This document shows positions 9,513 through 18,402 of a stretch of DNA of 32,063 nt, piece by piece. The notes under the pieces were generated by a model, which made no database searches, had not been told where the DNA came from, and saw only the letters and a list, made by a program, of their open reading frames with translations. How positions within the stretch are numbered: the first letter of the stretch is position 1; each line of letters starts with the position of its first letter. The DNA comes from Candidatus Hodarchaeota archaeon (GTDB lineage: Archaea > Asgardarchaeota > Heimdallarchaeia > Hodarchaeales > Hodarchaeaceae). The translations under genes and the position numbers were made by a program. The stretch lies in NCBI GenBank assembly GCA_016839785.1, contig JAEOTQ010000191.1, positions 1 through 32,063 of the forward strand, written 5' to 3'.

Positions 9513-10724
9513 TTACATCCTCAATCCACCATCTACTTGGAGGATAGATCCAGTCATATAGTCAGAATCAGAACTAGCTAAAAATACAGCAATCTTAGCT
9601 ACATCTACAGGATATCCAATTCGCATTTGTGGGATCTGAGCAATTGTTTGCTCCTTATAGACTGCTGGTGTACCTGCAGTCATTGCTGTATCAATATATC
9701 CTGGCATTATACAATTCACGTTAACTTTATAACGAGCTAGTTCTCTTGCTGCGGTCTTTGAAAGAGCAATGGTTCCCCATTTAGATGCTGCATACGCTGC
9801 TTGGCCAACATTACCATATTTTGCAGCTGTTGACGTGAAATTGATGATCTTTCCACCAAGAGGTCTTTTCTTCATAAAATGAGGAGCGATAGCACGGATA
9901 CAATTGAATGTACCAGTTAAATTGATATTGATAACTGAATTCCAGATATCATCAGTCATTTTTGCGATTAAAGCACTACGAGTAATACCAGCGTTGTTTA
10001 CAAGTATATCCACTCTTTGATAATTTTCTAATGCTTCCCTCACTAAACGATTGACCTCTTCAACATTTGAAACGTCACATGTAATCGCAATAGCCTCTCC
10101 TCCTAACTCCATAATCTCATTCACAAGAGAATCAATGTCTGATTTTGTCCTAGCTGCGACAACAACCTTTGCTCCTTCTCTTGCGTATTCCAAGGCAATT
10201 TCTCTACCAATCCCTTTCCCTGCTCCTGTCACAATAGCCACTTTATTCATTAATCTTTTTGCCTTAACTTTAAACTCTTCAGTCACAGCAAGTTCTTCAG
10301 AGGAGATTGTTATGTCTTTACCTCTTAGAACTCGATAAATCACTCTATCTCCCTCGATAACCTCTGGTTTTACCAGTACATCCTCACCAATCTTAAGTGG
10401 ATCAGTAACGTCATCTACCCAAGCTACTACTCTCCCACCTTCCTTTAGATCAACAACTGTTACTGTGTATGGAGCAAAACGTTCAAAACCTGCAGGAGGG
10501 ATATGGACTTCAGAAAATGACAAAACTTTACCTTTTCCTGAAAACTCTGAAGGTTCTATGAATTTATCTGTAAGACATTCTTTACAAGTTGCTCTAGGAG
10601 GATAATAGAGAGTTGAACATTGACTACACTTCGTTCCTTCTAGCCTTCCTTCTCTCAAAGCTTTCAAAAAGCGCTCACCAATCTTTGATTGGGAAATATA
10701 GTTCTTATAACCAAATTGTTTCAT
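9513..10724 (-). CDS. Fusion protein: DUF35 (Zn-ribbon + OB-fold) N-terminus and FabG-like short-chain dehydrogenase/reductase C-terminus
   Basis: N-terminal KCSQCSTLYYPPRATCKEC and GKVLSFSEVHIPPAGF..PYTVTVVDL. C-terminal VTGAGKGIG, NNAGI, S..YAASK and GSILQVDGG. One continuous ORF; ATG at 10724 follows an AGGTGA RBS that overlaps the thiolase stop codon. Confidence 0.9.
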   Translation of the reverse strand: MKQFGYKNYISQSKIGERFLKALREGRLEGTKCSQCSTLYYPPRATCKECLTDKFIEPSEFSGKGKVLSFSEVHIPPAGFERFAPYTVTVVDLKEGGRVVAWVDDVTDPLKIGEDVLVKPEVIEGDRVIYRVLRGKDITISSEELAVTEEFKVKAKRLMNKVAIVTGAGKGIGREIALEYAREGAKVVVAARTKSDIDSLVNEIMELGGEAIAITCDVSNVEEVNRLVREALENYQRVDILVNNAGITRSALIAKMTDDIWNSVININLTGTFNCIRAIAPHFMKKRPLGGKIINFTSTAAKYGNVGQAAYAASKWGTIALSKTAARELARYKVNVNCIMPGYIDTAMTAGTPAVYKEQTIAQIPQMRIGYPVDVAKIAVFLASSDSDYMTGSILQVDGGLRM

Positions 10725-10734
10725 TGTTTCATCT

Positions 10735-11877
10735 TCACCTCGAAAGAATGTGAATAAGGCAATATTGACCGTGTCCACCTATGTTATGTGCTAATCCAAT
10801 CTCTGCTCCATCGACTTGATTCTTTCCTGCTTCTCCACGAAGTTGTTTGACGATTCCATAAACCTGTGAACATCCAGTGGCTCCTATTGGATGTCCTTTT
10901 GCCTTTAAACCACCGTCAACGTTGATAGGAATCTTACCACCAAGATAAGCTTCCTCTACAAACTCTCCCCCTTTCCCTCGGTCTGTAAATCCTAAGTCCT
11001 CATAAGCCATAATTTCAGCAATAGTAAAACAGTCGTGAACTTCTGCAACATCTATATCACTTGGATTAACTTTAGCCTGAGCATATGCTATTTGTGAAGC
11101 CTCTACTGCACTAGATAACGTAGTTAGTTCTGGACGGGTTAACAATGAGAAAGGAGCGGTTGCTGCACCAAGACCCGAAAGCCAAATAGGTGTATCAGAG
11201 AGTTGTTTAGATTTTTCTTCATTTGCTAGAATAATTGCTGCAGAACCATCTGCATTGGCACAGCAATCAAAGAGATGTAGTGGAGAGGCTATAATTTGTG
11301 ATTCTAAGACTCGCTCAATTGTAATTTCCTTTTGAAACATTGCTAATGGGTTCATTGAACCATAATGATGATTTTTAACTGCTACTGAAGCAAGTTGTTC
11401 CGATGTTGTACCGTATTTCGCCATATGAGAGTTTGCATACATTGCATAATAATTAGCAAAAGTTGTCCCAAAAGGAGCTTCGAACTGAACATCACCACTT
11501 CGTCCCATGATCTTGAGGATCTCTGAAGTTGGATTTTCTAGCATTTTCTGTACACCCAGTACTAAGACTATTTCATGCATTCCAGCTGTAATTAAAGCGT
11601 ATGCAGTTCGCAGAGCTGCTGCAGAGCTACCACAAGCTGCTTCTGTAAGCCAAACGGGTTGTGGATTCAAACCAAGATATTCAGTGATCGGTCCAGCAAT
11701 ACTACGTTGAGTCATATAGACTGGTGATGCACCAATAATGGTTGCATCAATATCTTGACGACGAATTCCTGCGTCATTCAACGCTTCAACAAAGGGCTCG
11801 AATGCAAGTTCTTGGACAGTTACATCATCCCGTCTTCCAAATTTACTATGGCCAATTCCGATAATACCTGCTTTCAT
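10735..11877 (-). CDS. SCP-x/archaeal-type thiolase (acetyl-CoA C-acetyltransferase), DUF35 partner
   Basis: EAACGSS catalytic Cys, AEVHDCFTIAE, NVDGGLKAKGHPIGATG, LAHNIGG. Start at ATG 11877 (ORF track 11943). Confidence 0.9.
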   Translation of the reverse strand: MKAGIIGIGHSKFGRRDDVTVQELAFEPFVEALNDAGIRRQDIDATIIGASPVYMTQRSIAGPITEYLGLNPQPVWLTEAACGSSAAALRTAYALITAGMHEIVLVLGVQKMLENPTSEILKIMGRSGDVQFEAPFGTTFANYYAMYANSHMAKYGTTSEQLASVAVKNHHYGSMNPLAMFQKEITIERVLESQIIASPLHLFDCCANADGSAAIILANEEKSKQLSDTPIWLSGLGAATAPFSLLTRPELTTLSSAVEASQIAYAQAKVNPSDIDVAEVHDCFTIAEIMAYEDLGFTDRGKGGEFVEEAYLGGKIPINVDGGLKAKGHPIGATGCSQVYGIVKQLRGEAGKNQVDGAEIGLAHNIGGHGQYCLIHILSR

Positions 11878-12018
11878 TATAATTCCATTCCTAAACAAAA
11901 GAAAAATTAATACTGATAATCTTGTTTTACATTTCCTGTTCATTTTTGAACAAGATAGATGTAGTTAAACTTAATAAATCTGTTGGAAAATAGGGAAAGA
12001 AGAAGAGAAATAGTTATA

Positions 12019-13065
12019 TTACTTTTGGCATAAAATAACCGTTCGAACACCTTCGCCACGACGCATAACATCAAAGGCCTCATTTATTTCAGAAAGAGGA
12101 TACTTTGCAGTTACAAGTGGTTCAACCACAATTCGCTTGTTTTTAACTAGCTCAATGATTCTAGGATAATCTACTGTGCGACAACCTAGACTTCCCATAA
12201 GTTCCATCTCACGAAACATTACACGACCAATATCAAAGCCATCCCATCGTTTAGGAGAATAACCAACCGCAACCAATCGGCCACCAGTCCTTAAACTATT
12301 GAATGCTTGTTTAAAGGTAGCTGGATTGCCAATAGCCTCAAATGCAATGTCTGCACCCCCACCTGTAAGTTTTCGAATAGCTCCGACAATTCCACGATCA
12401 TCCATTTCTTTTGCTGATATTGTTTCCACAGCGCCTAATTTTTTGGCAATATCCAATTTTTCAGGTACAATATCGACAGCGATAGGTAAACCACCTGCTA
12501 CTTTAATATTTTGAACTAAATTCAAACCTATCCCACCACAACCGATCACAACAGTCCAATCTCCAGGTTTAACCTGTCCCCGATTTTTAACAGCATGATA
12601 TGGAGTAGAAATTGCATCAGCGATAATACATCCCTCTTCTAATGGAACTTCTGAAGGAAGATGGAAAATATCTTTAGCTGGAACCATAATTTGTTCCGCA
12701 AAACCACCATCAACATTGCTACCAAAGAAGATTTGCTTTGAACAAATATTCTCACGTCCAGTTCTGCACTGAAAACAATTTCCACAGGATATTACGGCAG
12801 GAATTAGGACATGATCACCTTGTTTAAATAGTTTAACATCACCACTTATTTCTTTGACTACCCCTGACATTTCATGTCCTAGAATTAAAGGCGGAGATTT
12901 CCCTGTTGGCACACCATGATCAAGAAATCCCAAATCAGTGTGACATACTCCGCATGCAGTAATATCAACAATTACTTGTCCTGTTACCCCATCAATATTT
13001 GGGGAGTCATAATCATCCACTACTTTTAATGGTTCTTTTACTTTTTCAAAGACAGCAGCTCTCAT
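12019..13065 (-). CDS. had: 6-hydroxycyclohex-1-ene-1-carbonyl-CoA dehydrogenase (Zn-dependent MDR; Had/BzdX/BamQ)
   Basis: CGVCHTDL..GV.T..PLILGHE, structural Zn motif CGNCFQCRTGRENIC, IADAISTPYHA, GSLGC. Directly downstream of dch. Confidence 0.85.
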   Translation of the reverse strand: MRAAVFEKVKEPLKVVDDYDSPNIDGVTGQVIVDITACGVCHTDLGFLDHGVPTGKSPPLILGHEMSGVVKEISGDVKLFKQGDHVLIPAVISCGNCFQCRTGRENICSKQIFFGSNVDGGFAEQIMVPAKDIFHLPSEVPLEEGCIIADAISTPYHAVKNRGQVKPGDWTVVIGCGGIGLNLVQNIKVAGGLPIAVDIVPEKLDIAKKLGAVETISAKEMDDRGIVGAIRKLTGGGADIAFEAIGNPATFKQAFNSLRTGGRLVAVGYSPKRWDGFDIGRVMFREMELMGSLGCRTVDYPRIIELVKNKRIVVEPLVTAKYPLSEINEAFDVMRRGEGVRTVILCQK

Positions 13066-13101
13066 ATTAACAACTTCCTGTATTGTATTCATTCAAATAA
13101 T

Positions 13102-13869
13102 CTAACGATTTTCCCATTTAGGAGCACGTTTCTCGATAAAAGCTTGTAAACCTTCATTTGCGTCATGTGTTTTCATGAGCTGATTAAGGTAAAGATCCTC
13201 TACTTCATCTAATTTCTTATCAAAATCAGAATCTATACTCATTTTGACTGCTTTTTTAGTGTATTGTAATACAACTTTGCTCAATTTAGTAAATCTGTCA
13301 ATAAATGCAGATACTTCTTGATCATAAGTTTCTAGTGGGAAAACATGATTAACAAGGCCTATTCTATGTGATTCAATAGCATTGATGACTTCCCCCTGTA
13401 ATATAAGTTCAAATGCTTTCTTTTCTCCGAGGATAAAAGGAAATATAACAGCTGATACAGGAGGGAATACTCCTACCTTTATTTCTGGATTTCCAAATTT
13501 AGACTTTTCAGAAGCCAGAATGATATCACAAAACGCAGCTACCTCACAACCTCCTCCTAAAGCTGCTCCTTTAGTGCAAGCTACAGTAGGAATTTTCATT
13601 CGATTTAATCTTTTAAACATTCCATGAAATACTTCTATCATTTTTTTAGCTGTTTCTCCCATATGCTCCCCTACATCTACTCCTGCGGAAAATGATTTGC
13701 CATTGTGACTCAAAACAACTACTTTTAGAGTATCGTCATTTAAAAATTCGTCAAGTGCTTCATTAATCTGTTCCATCATTGCAATATTTAAAATATTCAA
13801 CGAACCGTTGTTAAAAATAATTTTTCCAATATTCCCTTCTTTTTCGATTATAATTAATTTATTGTTCAA
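13102..13869 (-). CDS. dch: Cyclohexa-1,5-diene-1-carbonyl-CoA hydratase (Dch/BzdW/BamR)
   Basis: Crotonase fold with LNILNIAMMEQIN, FSAGVDVGEH, ALGGGCE, PEIKVGVFPP, LYLNQLMKTHDANEGL. Probable TTG start at 13869 after GGAG (ORF track 13890). Confidence 0.85.
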   Translation of the reverse strand: MNNKLIIIEKEGNIGKIIFNNGSLNILNIAMMEQINEALDEFLNDDTLKVVVLSHNGKSFSAGVDVGEHMGETAKKMIEVFHGMFKRLNRMKIPTVACTKGAALGGGCEVAAFCDIILASEKSKFGNPEIKVGVFPPVSAVIFPFILGEKKAFELILQGEVINAIESHRIGLVNHVFPLETYDQEVSAFIDRFTKLSKVVLQYTKKAVKMSIDSDFDKKLDEVEDLYLNQLMKTHDANEGLQAFIEKRAPKWENR

Positions 13870-13905
13870 TTTTCTTCTCCACATCTTCATTTTTTCTCAT
13901 TATAG

Positions 13906-13921
13906 AATAATCAGTATTATT
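13906..13921 (-). promoter_or_regulatory. Palindromic candidate operator upstream of the dch-had operon
   Basis: AATAAT-ACTG-ATTATT on the minus strand: a 6-bp inverted repeat with a 4-bp spacer, similar to the palindrome at 18834-18853. Confidence 0.45.
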
Positions 13922-14093
13922 ATTAATGTCAATCAAGCTAGAGTCTATTTCTGCATCGTTCGCTCTTATAGCGACATAATGATACAATTCTAGTGTCATG
14001 AGATTGTTTAACCAAAACACTACAGTGGAAATTTAATCCTAGTTTAAAGGTTATTCTATAAAATGAGGTCATCGACTAGCATATTACTACCGG

Positions 14094-14203
14094 TATGTTA
14101 TGGGCACCATTCACATTTGCATTAATAATGGGACCTTTAGAATATCCAAATTTGGTCTGTTCGCGAAAATGGGTTTCTCCAGTAATTATGTTGGAAATGA
14201 GCA
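14094..14203 (-). pseudogene. Possible degenerate IS200/IS605-family TnpB C-terminal fragment
   Basis: Minus strand 14150-14094 reads FGYSKGPIINANVNGAHNI, resembling the TnpB RuvC-III motif INADVNGAxNI with Asp changed to Asn. A CSF codon triplet lies slightly upstream in another frame. Confidence 0.4.
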
Positions 14204-14280
14204 AGATAGATTATTAGAAAGTTTAAAGCATATTGACTGGTGAAAAATTTGTATATAAAATAAATAAATGTAGAGTAATA

Positions 14281-15831
14281 ATGATGAACTCAACGAATGA
14301 AATTGTTGACCAAATTAGACAATTCCTCTCAAATTGGCAAGTTTTAACTGACATTGAAGATAGGTATGTATATTCATTTGAGAAGATATATTCTAAAGCA
14401 GCCTATCCATTACCAGATATTGTGGTGAGGATTAATCGACCTGAAGATTCTATAAAATTTTCAGAGTGGATAAAAGATCAGGATCTCACCTTAATTACTA
14501 GAAATTTACGTGGTTCTTGGACTGAAAATGATCATAAAAAAGTAACCATCCTCCTAGATGATATCGTAAGACCTGAAATGAGCAGGATATCAGAGGATCC
14601 AAAGAATTTTAGATATTTGTTTAAGCACAGGATGAATAAAAATGCACATAGTATCTATAATAACATTTCAATGGCTATACATTTTATGATGTCTGAAGAG
14701 AGCTTAAGCACATGTTTACAACGCGATGTTTGGGGAGGATATTGTACTATCACTCCCTCTTATAAGGGAATTGAGACATGGTCTTCTAAAGGAAGATTTC
14801 TCCTAATTAGAGGTTTAACAAGAAGAGATTTAAACCTTTCACAGAAGGTCATTGATGTAATATATGCCTGTAGTAAGTGTGGTAATTGTTTTGGAGAATG
14901 TTTTGAACAAGTAGACTTTCACAAGGCAATTACTCAAATCAGGCAAATTATTGCAGAAAAGAAATTAGCTCCAGAAGTATTTCAAGCGACTGCGAGGAAT
15001 ATCACAACTACTGGAGACCCTGCAGCTACCTCCATTGAAAAGCGTTTTGCATGGTTAAAGAAGGTATCTGATATGAAATTATCGGATAAACCAGACATTC
15101 TCTATTGGGCTGGATGTATGGTCTCATATCGTACTCCTAAATCAGCATTTGCATTTTATAATATTTTAAAAAAGTATCAGGCTGATTTTACAGTTTTGAA
15201 AAAGAACGAAGGATGCTGTGGGTATGTATTATTTTCTTCAGGCTTATGGAAAGAAGCGAAAAAGAATGCAAAAACTATAATCGAAAAAATAGACAAATTA
15301 GGAATTAAACAACTAATTACCCCATGTTCAGGATGTTACTACACATTCACGAAGCTATTTCCAGAGATAGCCGACATTCATCTACCTTGTGAAATTCTCC
15401 ATTCGTCACAATTCATTGAAAATAAATTGAAAAGTGAACAGTTTAGTCTTAAACCAATAAATTCAAGAATCACATATCACGATCCATGTTCACTTGGTAG
15501 ACACTGTGGGGTTTATGACCCCCCTCGTAACATACTGAAAATGATCCCAAATCTCAAAATAACAGAAATGGATCTCAATAGATCTCAAGCACGTTGTTGT
15601 GGAGGGGGAGGTGGATTGTGGAACTACAATCATCAAATTAGTCTAGAAGCGGCATCAACTAGATTGTATGAAGATTTCTTACCATTGAATACCGATATAT
15701 TGACAACAGCTTGTCCACTTTGTCAAATGAACTTCCGAATCACAGCAAAAAGACTTTCTATCCCACTTAAAGTTAATGACATCACAGAAGTAATCGATTC
15801 TGTTTTGATCAGGACTCCTGAAAAGCATTAA
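14281..15831 (+). CDS. Fe-S oxidoreductase with two CCG domains (HdrD/GlcF-like)
   Basis: CSKCGNCFGEC, YWAGC, EGCCG, TPCSGC, YHDPCSLGR, CCGGGGG, TACPLC. The N-terminus resembles the start of FAD-linked oxidases. ATG at 14281 (ORF track TTG 14233). Confidence 0.85.
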   Translation: MMNSTNEIVDQIRQFLSNWQVLTDIEDRYVYSFEKIYSKAAYPLPDIVVRINRPEDSIKFSEWIKDQDLTLITRNLRGSWTENDHKKVTILLDDIVRPEMSRISEDPKNFRYLFKHRMNKNAHSIYNNISMAIHFMMSEESLSTCLQRDVWGGYCTITPSYKGIETWSSKGRFLLIRGLTRRDLNLSQKVIDVIYACSKCGNCFGECFEQVDFHKAITQIRQIIAEKKLAPEVFQATARNITTTGDPAATSIEKRFAWLKKVSDMKLSDKPDILYWAGCMVSYRTPKSAFAFYNILKKYQADFTVLKKNEGCCGYVLFSSGLWKEAKKNAKTIIEKIDKLGIKQLITPCSGCYYTFTKLFPEIADIHLPCEILHSSQFIENKLKSEQFSLKPINSRITYHDPCSLGRHCGVYDPPRNILKMIPNLKITEMDLNRSQARCCGGGGGLWNYNHQISLEAASTRLYEDFLPLNTDILTTACPLCQMNFRITAKRLSIPLKVNDITEVIDSVLIRTPEKH

Positions 15832-16328
15832 GTTGCTGATAGCAATTTCTGCATCAATTCTGAAAACTTCTGGGCTGCAGCTTTACGTTTCAGGAAATTC
15901 ATTGTTGTTGCCTCAATAAATTGAAGTGCTTTGGGTTCACAGTTTTTTACACATAATGGATCTCCATCACAAAGATCGCATTTCTTAATTTGTCCATCTA
16001 TACCTAATATAATCCCACCAAAAGGACAATGAGTAACACACAGCTTACAACCAACACATAAATCATAGTTTATTAGCATAGCTCCTGTATTTTCATCTCT
16101 ATATACGGCTCCCATTGGACAAACAGTCTCACAAATTGGATCTTCACACTGTTGGCACACCATCGGTATGTACACTCCTGAACTTTCCCATTTGATCACT
16201 TGTATTCGAGCATGGGCAGGATTACAAACTTTTTCGTGTTGAAGAGAACACACTGTTTCACATATACGACATCCAGAACATTTTTCAGGATTAACAAATA
16301 GGAATTTTTTCATCAGGGTGTTCTCCAT
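15828..16328 (-). CDS. Polyferredoxin-type 4x[4Fe-4S] electron-transfer subunit of aldehyde oxidoreductase (DmsB/CooF-like)
   Basis: CSGCRICETVC, CQQCEDPICETVCP, CVGCKLCVTHCP, KCDLCDGDPLCVKNC. Starts 1 bp after the aor stop. Confidence 0.9.
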   Translation of the reverse strand: MENTLMKKFLFVNPEKCSGCRICETVCSLQHEKVCNPAHARIQVIKWESSGVYIPMVCQQCEDPICETVCPMGAVYRDENTGAMLINYDLCVGCKLCVTHCPFGGIILGIDGQIKKCDLCDGDPLCVKNCEPKALQFIEATTMNFLKRKAAAQKFSELMQKLLSAT

Positions 16329-16329
16329 T

Positions 16330-18222
16330 TTAGGTCTTTAAAGGTTGTTTGTTTTCTATTCCAAGTTCTCTAAGAGTTTCATCACGAGGAATACCGTTGT
16401 TATCCCATCCATGTAAGGAATAATATTCCTCGATCAACGTATTGAATTTATCTCTATCGATTGTTTTTCCTTTAACAATCGGAAATCCTAATTTTGTTGG
16501 TTCTTTAAAGAAACGTTCGGGTAGTTTATCGTCCTTTCTGGAAAATCCTTCACGATTATTGAACATCCGCTCCACAGTTAGAACCCTTTCACCAATCTCC
16601 ATAATTTGAGGTTTTGAAAGCTTCATACCAGATGTTAAATTAATAAGTTTTGAAAATTCTTCGAATTTTGGAGCATTTACAGCACAAAAAACGGTCTGAA
16701 ACTTACATATACCAATTGAATCTGTGATTGCATATAAAAGTTCTTGCCACCAAACCATACGACTTTTTCCCTTATATGACGTATAATTTGAGGACACGGG
16801 TGCACCATATATCTCTTCTAGGAGTTCTTCTGGGAGTCCATACAGATCTATCGCAGGTCTGCTTCTTAAATGATCTGCCCCTCGCGTTGAAGTTGCGATC
16901 CCTAGTGCTAAACTGGGTGTTGGACGTTCATCGGAATGTAAATTACTCATCCCTTTAATTTGCATAGCATAATACTCTGATTCCTTCCCAATCTTTGCTA
17001 TTGCTGGTAAGAATCCATCAGCAAGTAAATTTCCTAAATAACCTTCTCTTTTGCTAATTTTTTTGATGAGTTCATAAACTGCTTCTTCATTTCCCCACGA
17101 TAGATCAAATCCATCAATCATTTTTTCTGTAAGGAGCTCTTTCTCATAGAGTTCCATAATCCAGGCGATAATGCCCCCAATTTCTAATGTGTCAATCCCA
17201 TATTTGTTCACAAGATGATTGGCAACCAGAACAGTGTCCATTTTCCTACAATCAACCATGGTTCCAAAAGCACCGAGTGAAGTATATTCTGGCCCTTCGC
17301 CAAAGATAGGAGCATATGGTCCTTCTTTTAACACATATCGATGACGACAATGGACACTACAACCATAGCAGCCAGACATACCAATAGTGTATTCATCCAT
17401 TACTTCAGGTTCTAAATTTTCACCATCCTCTAGTAAATTAAGTTGAAAGTTACGTGTTCGAATCAAGCCAGTGGTATTTGTGTTGCTGTAGATTATGAGT
17501 GTCCCCCATTTTGATTGTGCTCGTGCCCATCGTGATCCTGTGATCATATTGTTCATTTCAGAACAATAATCTAATAATTGGTCAGGATATGGAAATTCTA
17601 GATCCATTGTTCCACGAGCTGCAACGGCTTTCAAATTTTTTGACCCCATCACGCATCCCATCCCTGTACGGCCAGCAGCATTCTTCATCCCCGTTCTTAC
17701 ATTTGCATATCGAACAAGATTTTCTCCTGCCTCACCAATAACTAAACTCTTGATCTGTTCGTCATTGTGATCTGATCGGATTTGATCTTGAGTTTCAAAA
17801 GTATCTTTCCCCCATAGATGGGATGCGTCACGGATTTCCACTTCTCCATTATTTATCCAGATATAACTTGGCTTTGCAGCTTTCCCAGTAATCATCAAAT
17901 GATCAAAACCAGCAAATCTTAATTCAGGAGCAAAAAACCCACCAATGTTTGAATCACCTACGGCACCTGTTAAGGGTGATTTTGCTGCAATATCGCACCT
18001 ACCTGCACCAAGAGCAGGAATTCCAGTAAGTAAGCCAGTACCTATGAGTAAAACGTTTTCAGGCCCTAGGGGATCAATACCAGGAGCAATTTGATGATAC
18101 AAATGATACATGTTAATGCCTCTCCCTCCAAGAAATTGATTCCGAAGTGATTTGGAGATTGTTTTAATTTTGAATTTACTTGATGTCAAATCAATATAAG
18201 CAATTTTCCTATTCCAAACCAT
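16330..18222 (-). CDS. aor: Tungsten-dependent aldehyde:ferredoxin oxidoreductase family catalytic subunit
   Basis: LGGRG, KSPLTG, AAGRTGMGCVMGSKNLKA, CYGCSVHC [4Fe-4S], GPEY, GIDT, RGADH, DSIGIC, YYSLHGWDNNGIP. ATG at 18222. Confidence 0.92.
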   Translation of the reverse strand: MVWNRKIAYIDLTSSKFKIKTISKSLRNQFLGGRGINMYHLYHQIAPGIDPLGPENVLLIGTGLLTGIPALGAGRCDIAAKSPLTGAVGDSNIGGFFAPELRFAGFDHLMITGKAAKPSYIWINNGEVEIRDASHLWGKDTFETQDQIRSDHNDEQIKSLVIGEAGENLVRYANVRTGMKNAAGRTGMGCVMGSKNLKAVAARGTMDLEFPYPDQLLDYCSEMNNMITGSRWARAQSKWGTLIIYSNTNTTGLIRTRNFQLNLLEDGENLEPEVMDEYTIGMSGCYGCSVHCRHRYVLKEGPYAPIFGEGPEYTSLGAFGTMVDCRKMDTVLVANHLVNKYGIDTLEIGGIIAWIMELYEKELLTEKMIDGFDLSWGNEEAVYELIKKISKREGYLGNLLADGFLPAIAKIGKESEYYAMQIKGMSNLHSDERPTPSLALGIATSTRGADHLRSRPAIDLYGLPEELLEEIYGAPVSSNYTSYKGKSRMVWWQELLYAITDSIGICKFQTVFCAVNAPKFEEFSKLINLTSGMKLSKPQIMEIGERVLTVERMFNNREGFSRKDDKLPERFFKEPTKLGFPIVKGKTIDRDKFNTLIEEYYSLHGWDNNGIPRDETLRELGIENKQPLKT

Positions 18223-18240
18223 AGTCAAAGCCTCTAACAA

Positions 18241-18387
18241 TTATTTTGCTAATCCACGAATCTTAGGCTGGTCTGGGTTTGGCCAAGAGATTCTATATTT
18301 GGTATTACATTGAGGACATTCAGCTTGTTCAGTATTTAGTTGAACTTGAAAACGGTTCAAACAATTTAAGCATCTAACTTCATTCAT
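18241..18387 (-). CDS. 48-aa zinc-ribbon (CxxC...CxxC) protein, not in the ORF track
   Basis: Hand translation: MNEVRCLNCLNRFQVQLNTEQAECPQCNTKYRISWPNPDQPKIRGLAK*. It has an AGGTG RBS and fills the gap between the MoaD-like gene and aor. Confidence 0.8.
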   Translation of the reverse strand: MNEVRCLNCLNRFQVQLNTEQAECPQCNTKYRISWPNPDQPKIRGLAK

Positions 18388-18402
18388 AACAATAACACCT
18401 TT

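Noticed and set aside
14281-15831. HdrD-like gene as a sign of methanogenesis or alkane oxidation
   Set aside because: CCG domains are widespread, and no hdrABC/E, mcr or mtr genes occur in the window.
16330-18222. AOR-family gene as class II benzoyl-CoA reductase BamB
   Set aside because: It keeps the AOR-type GPEY and GADH motifs rather than the Cys-ligand region I recall for BamB, and no BamDE/BamCF-I genes are present. A class I reductase is already encoded.
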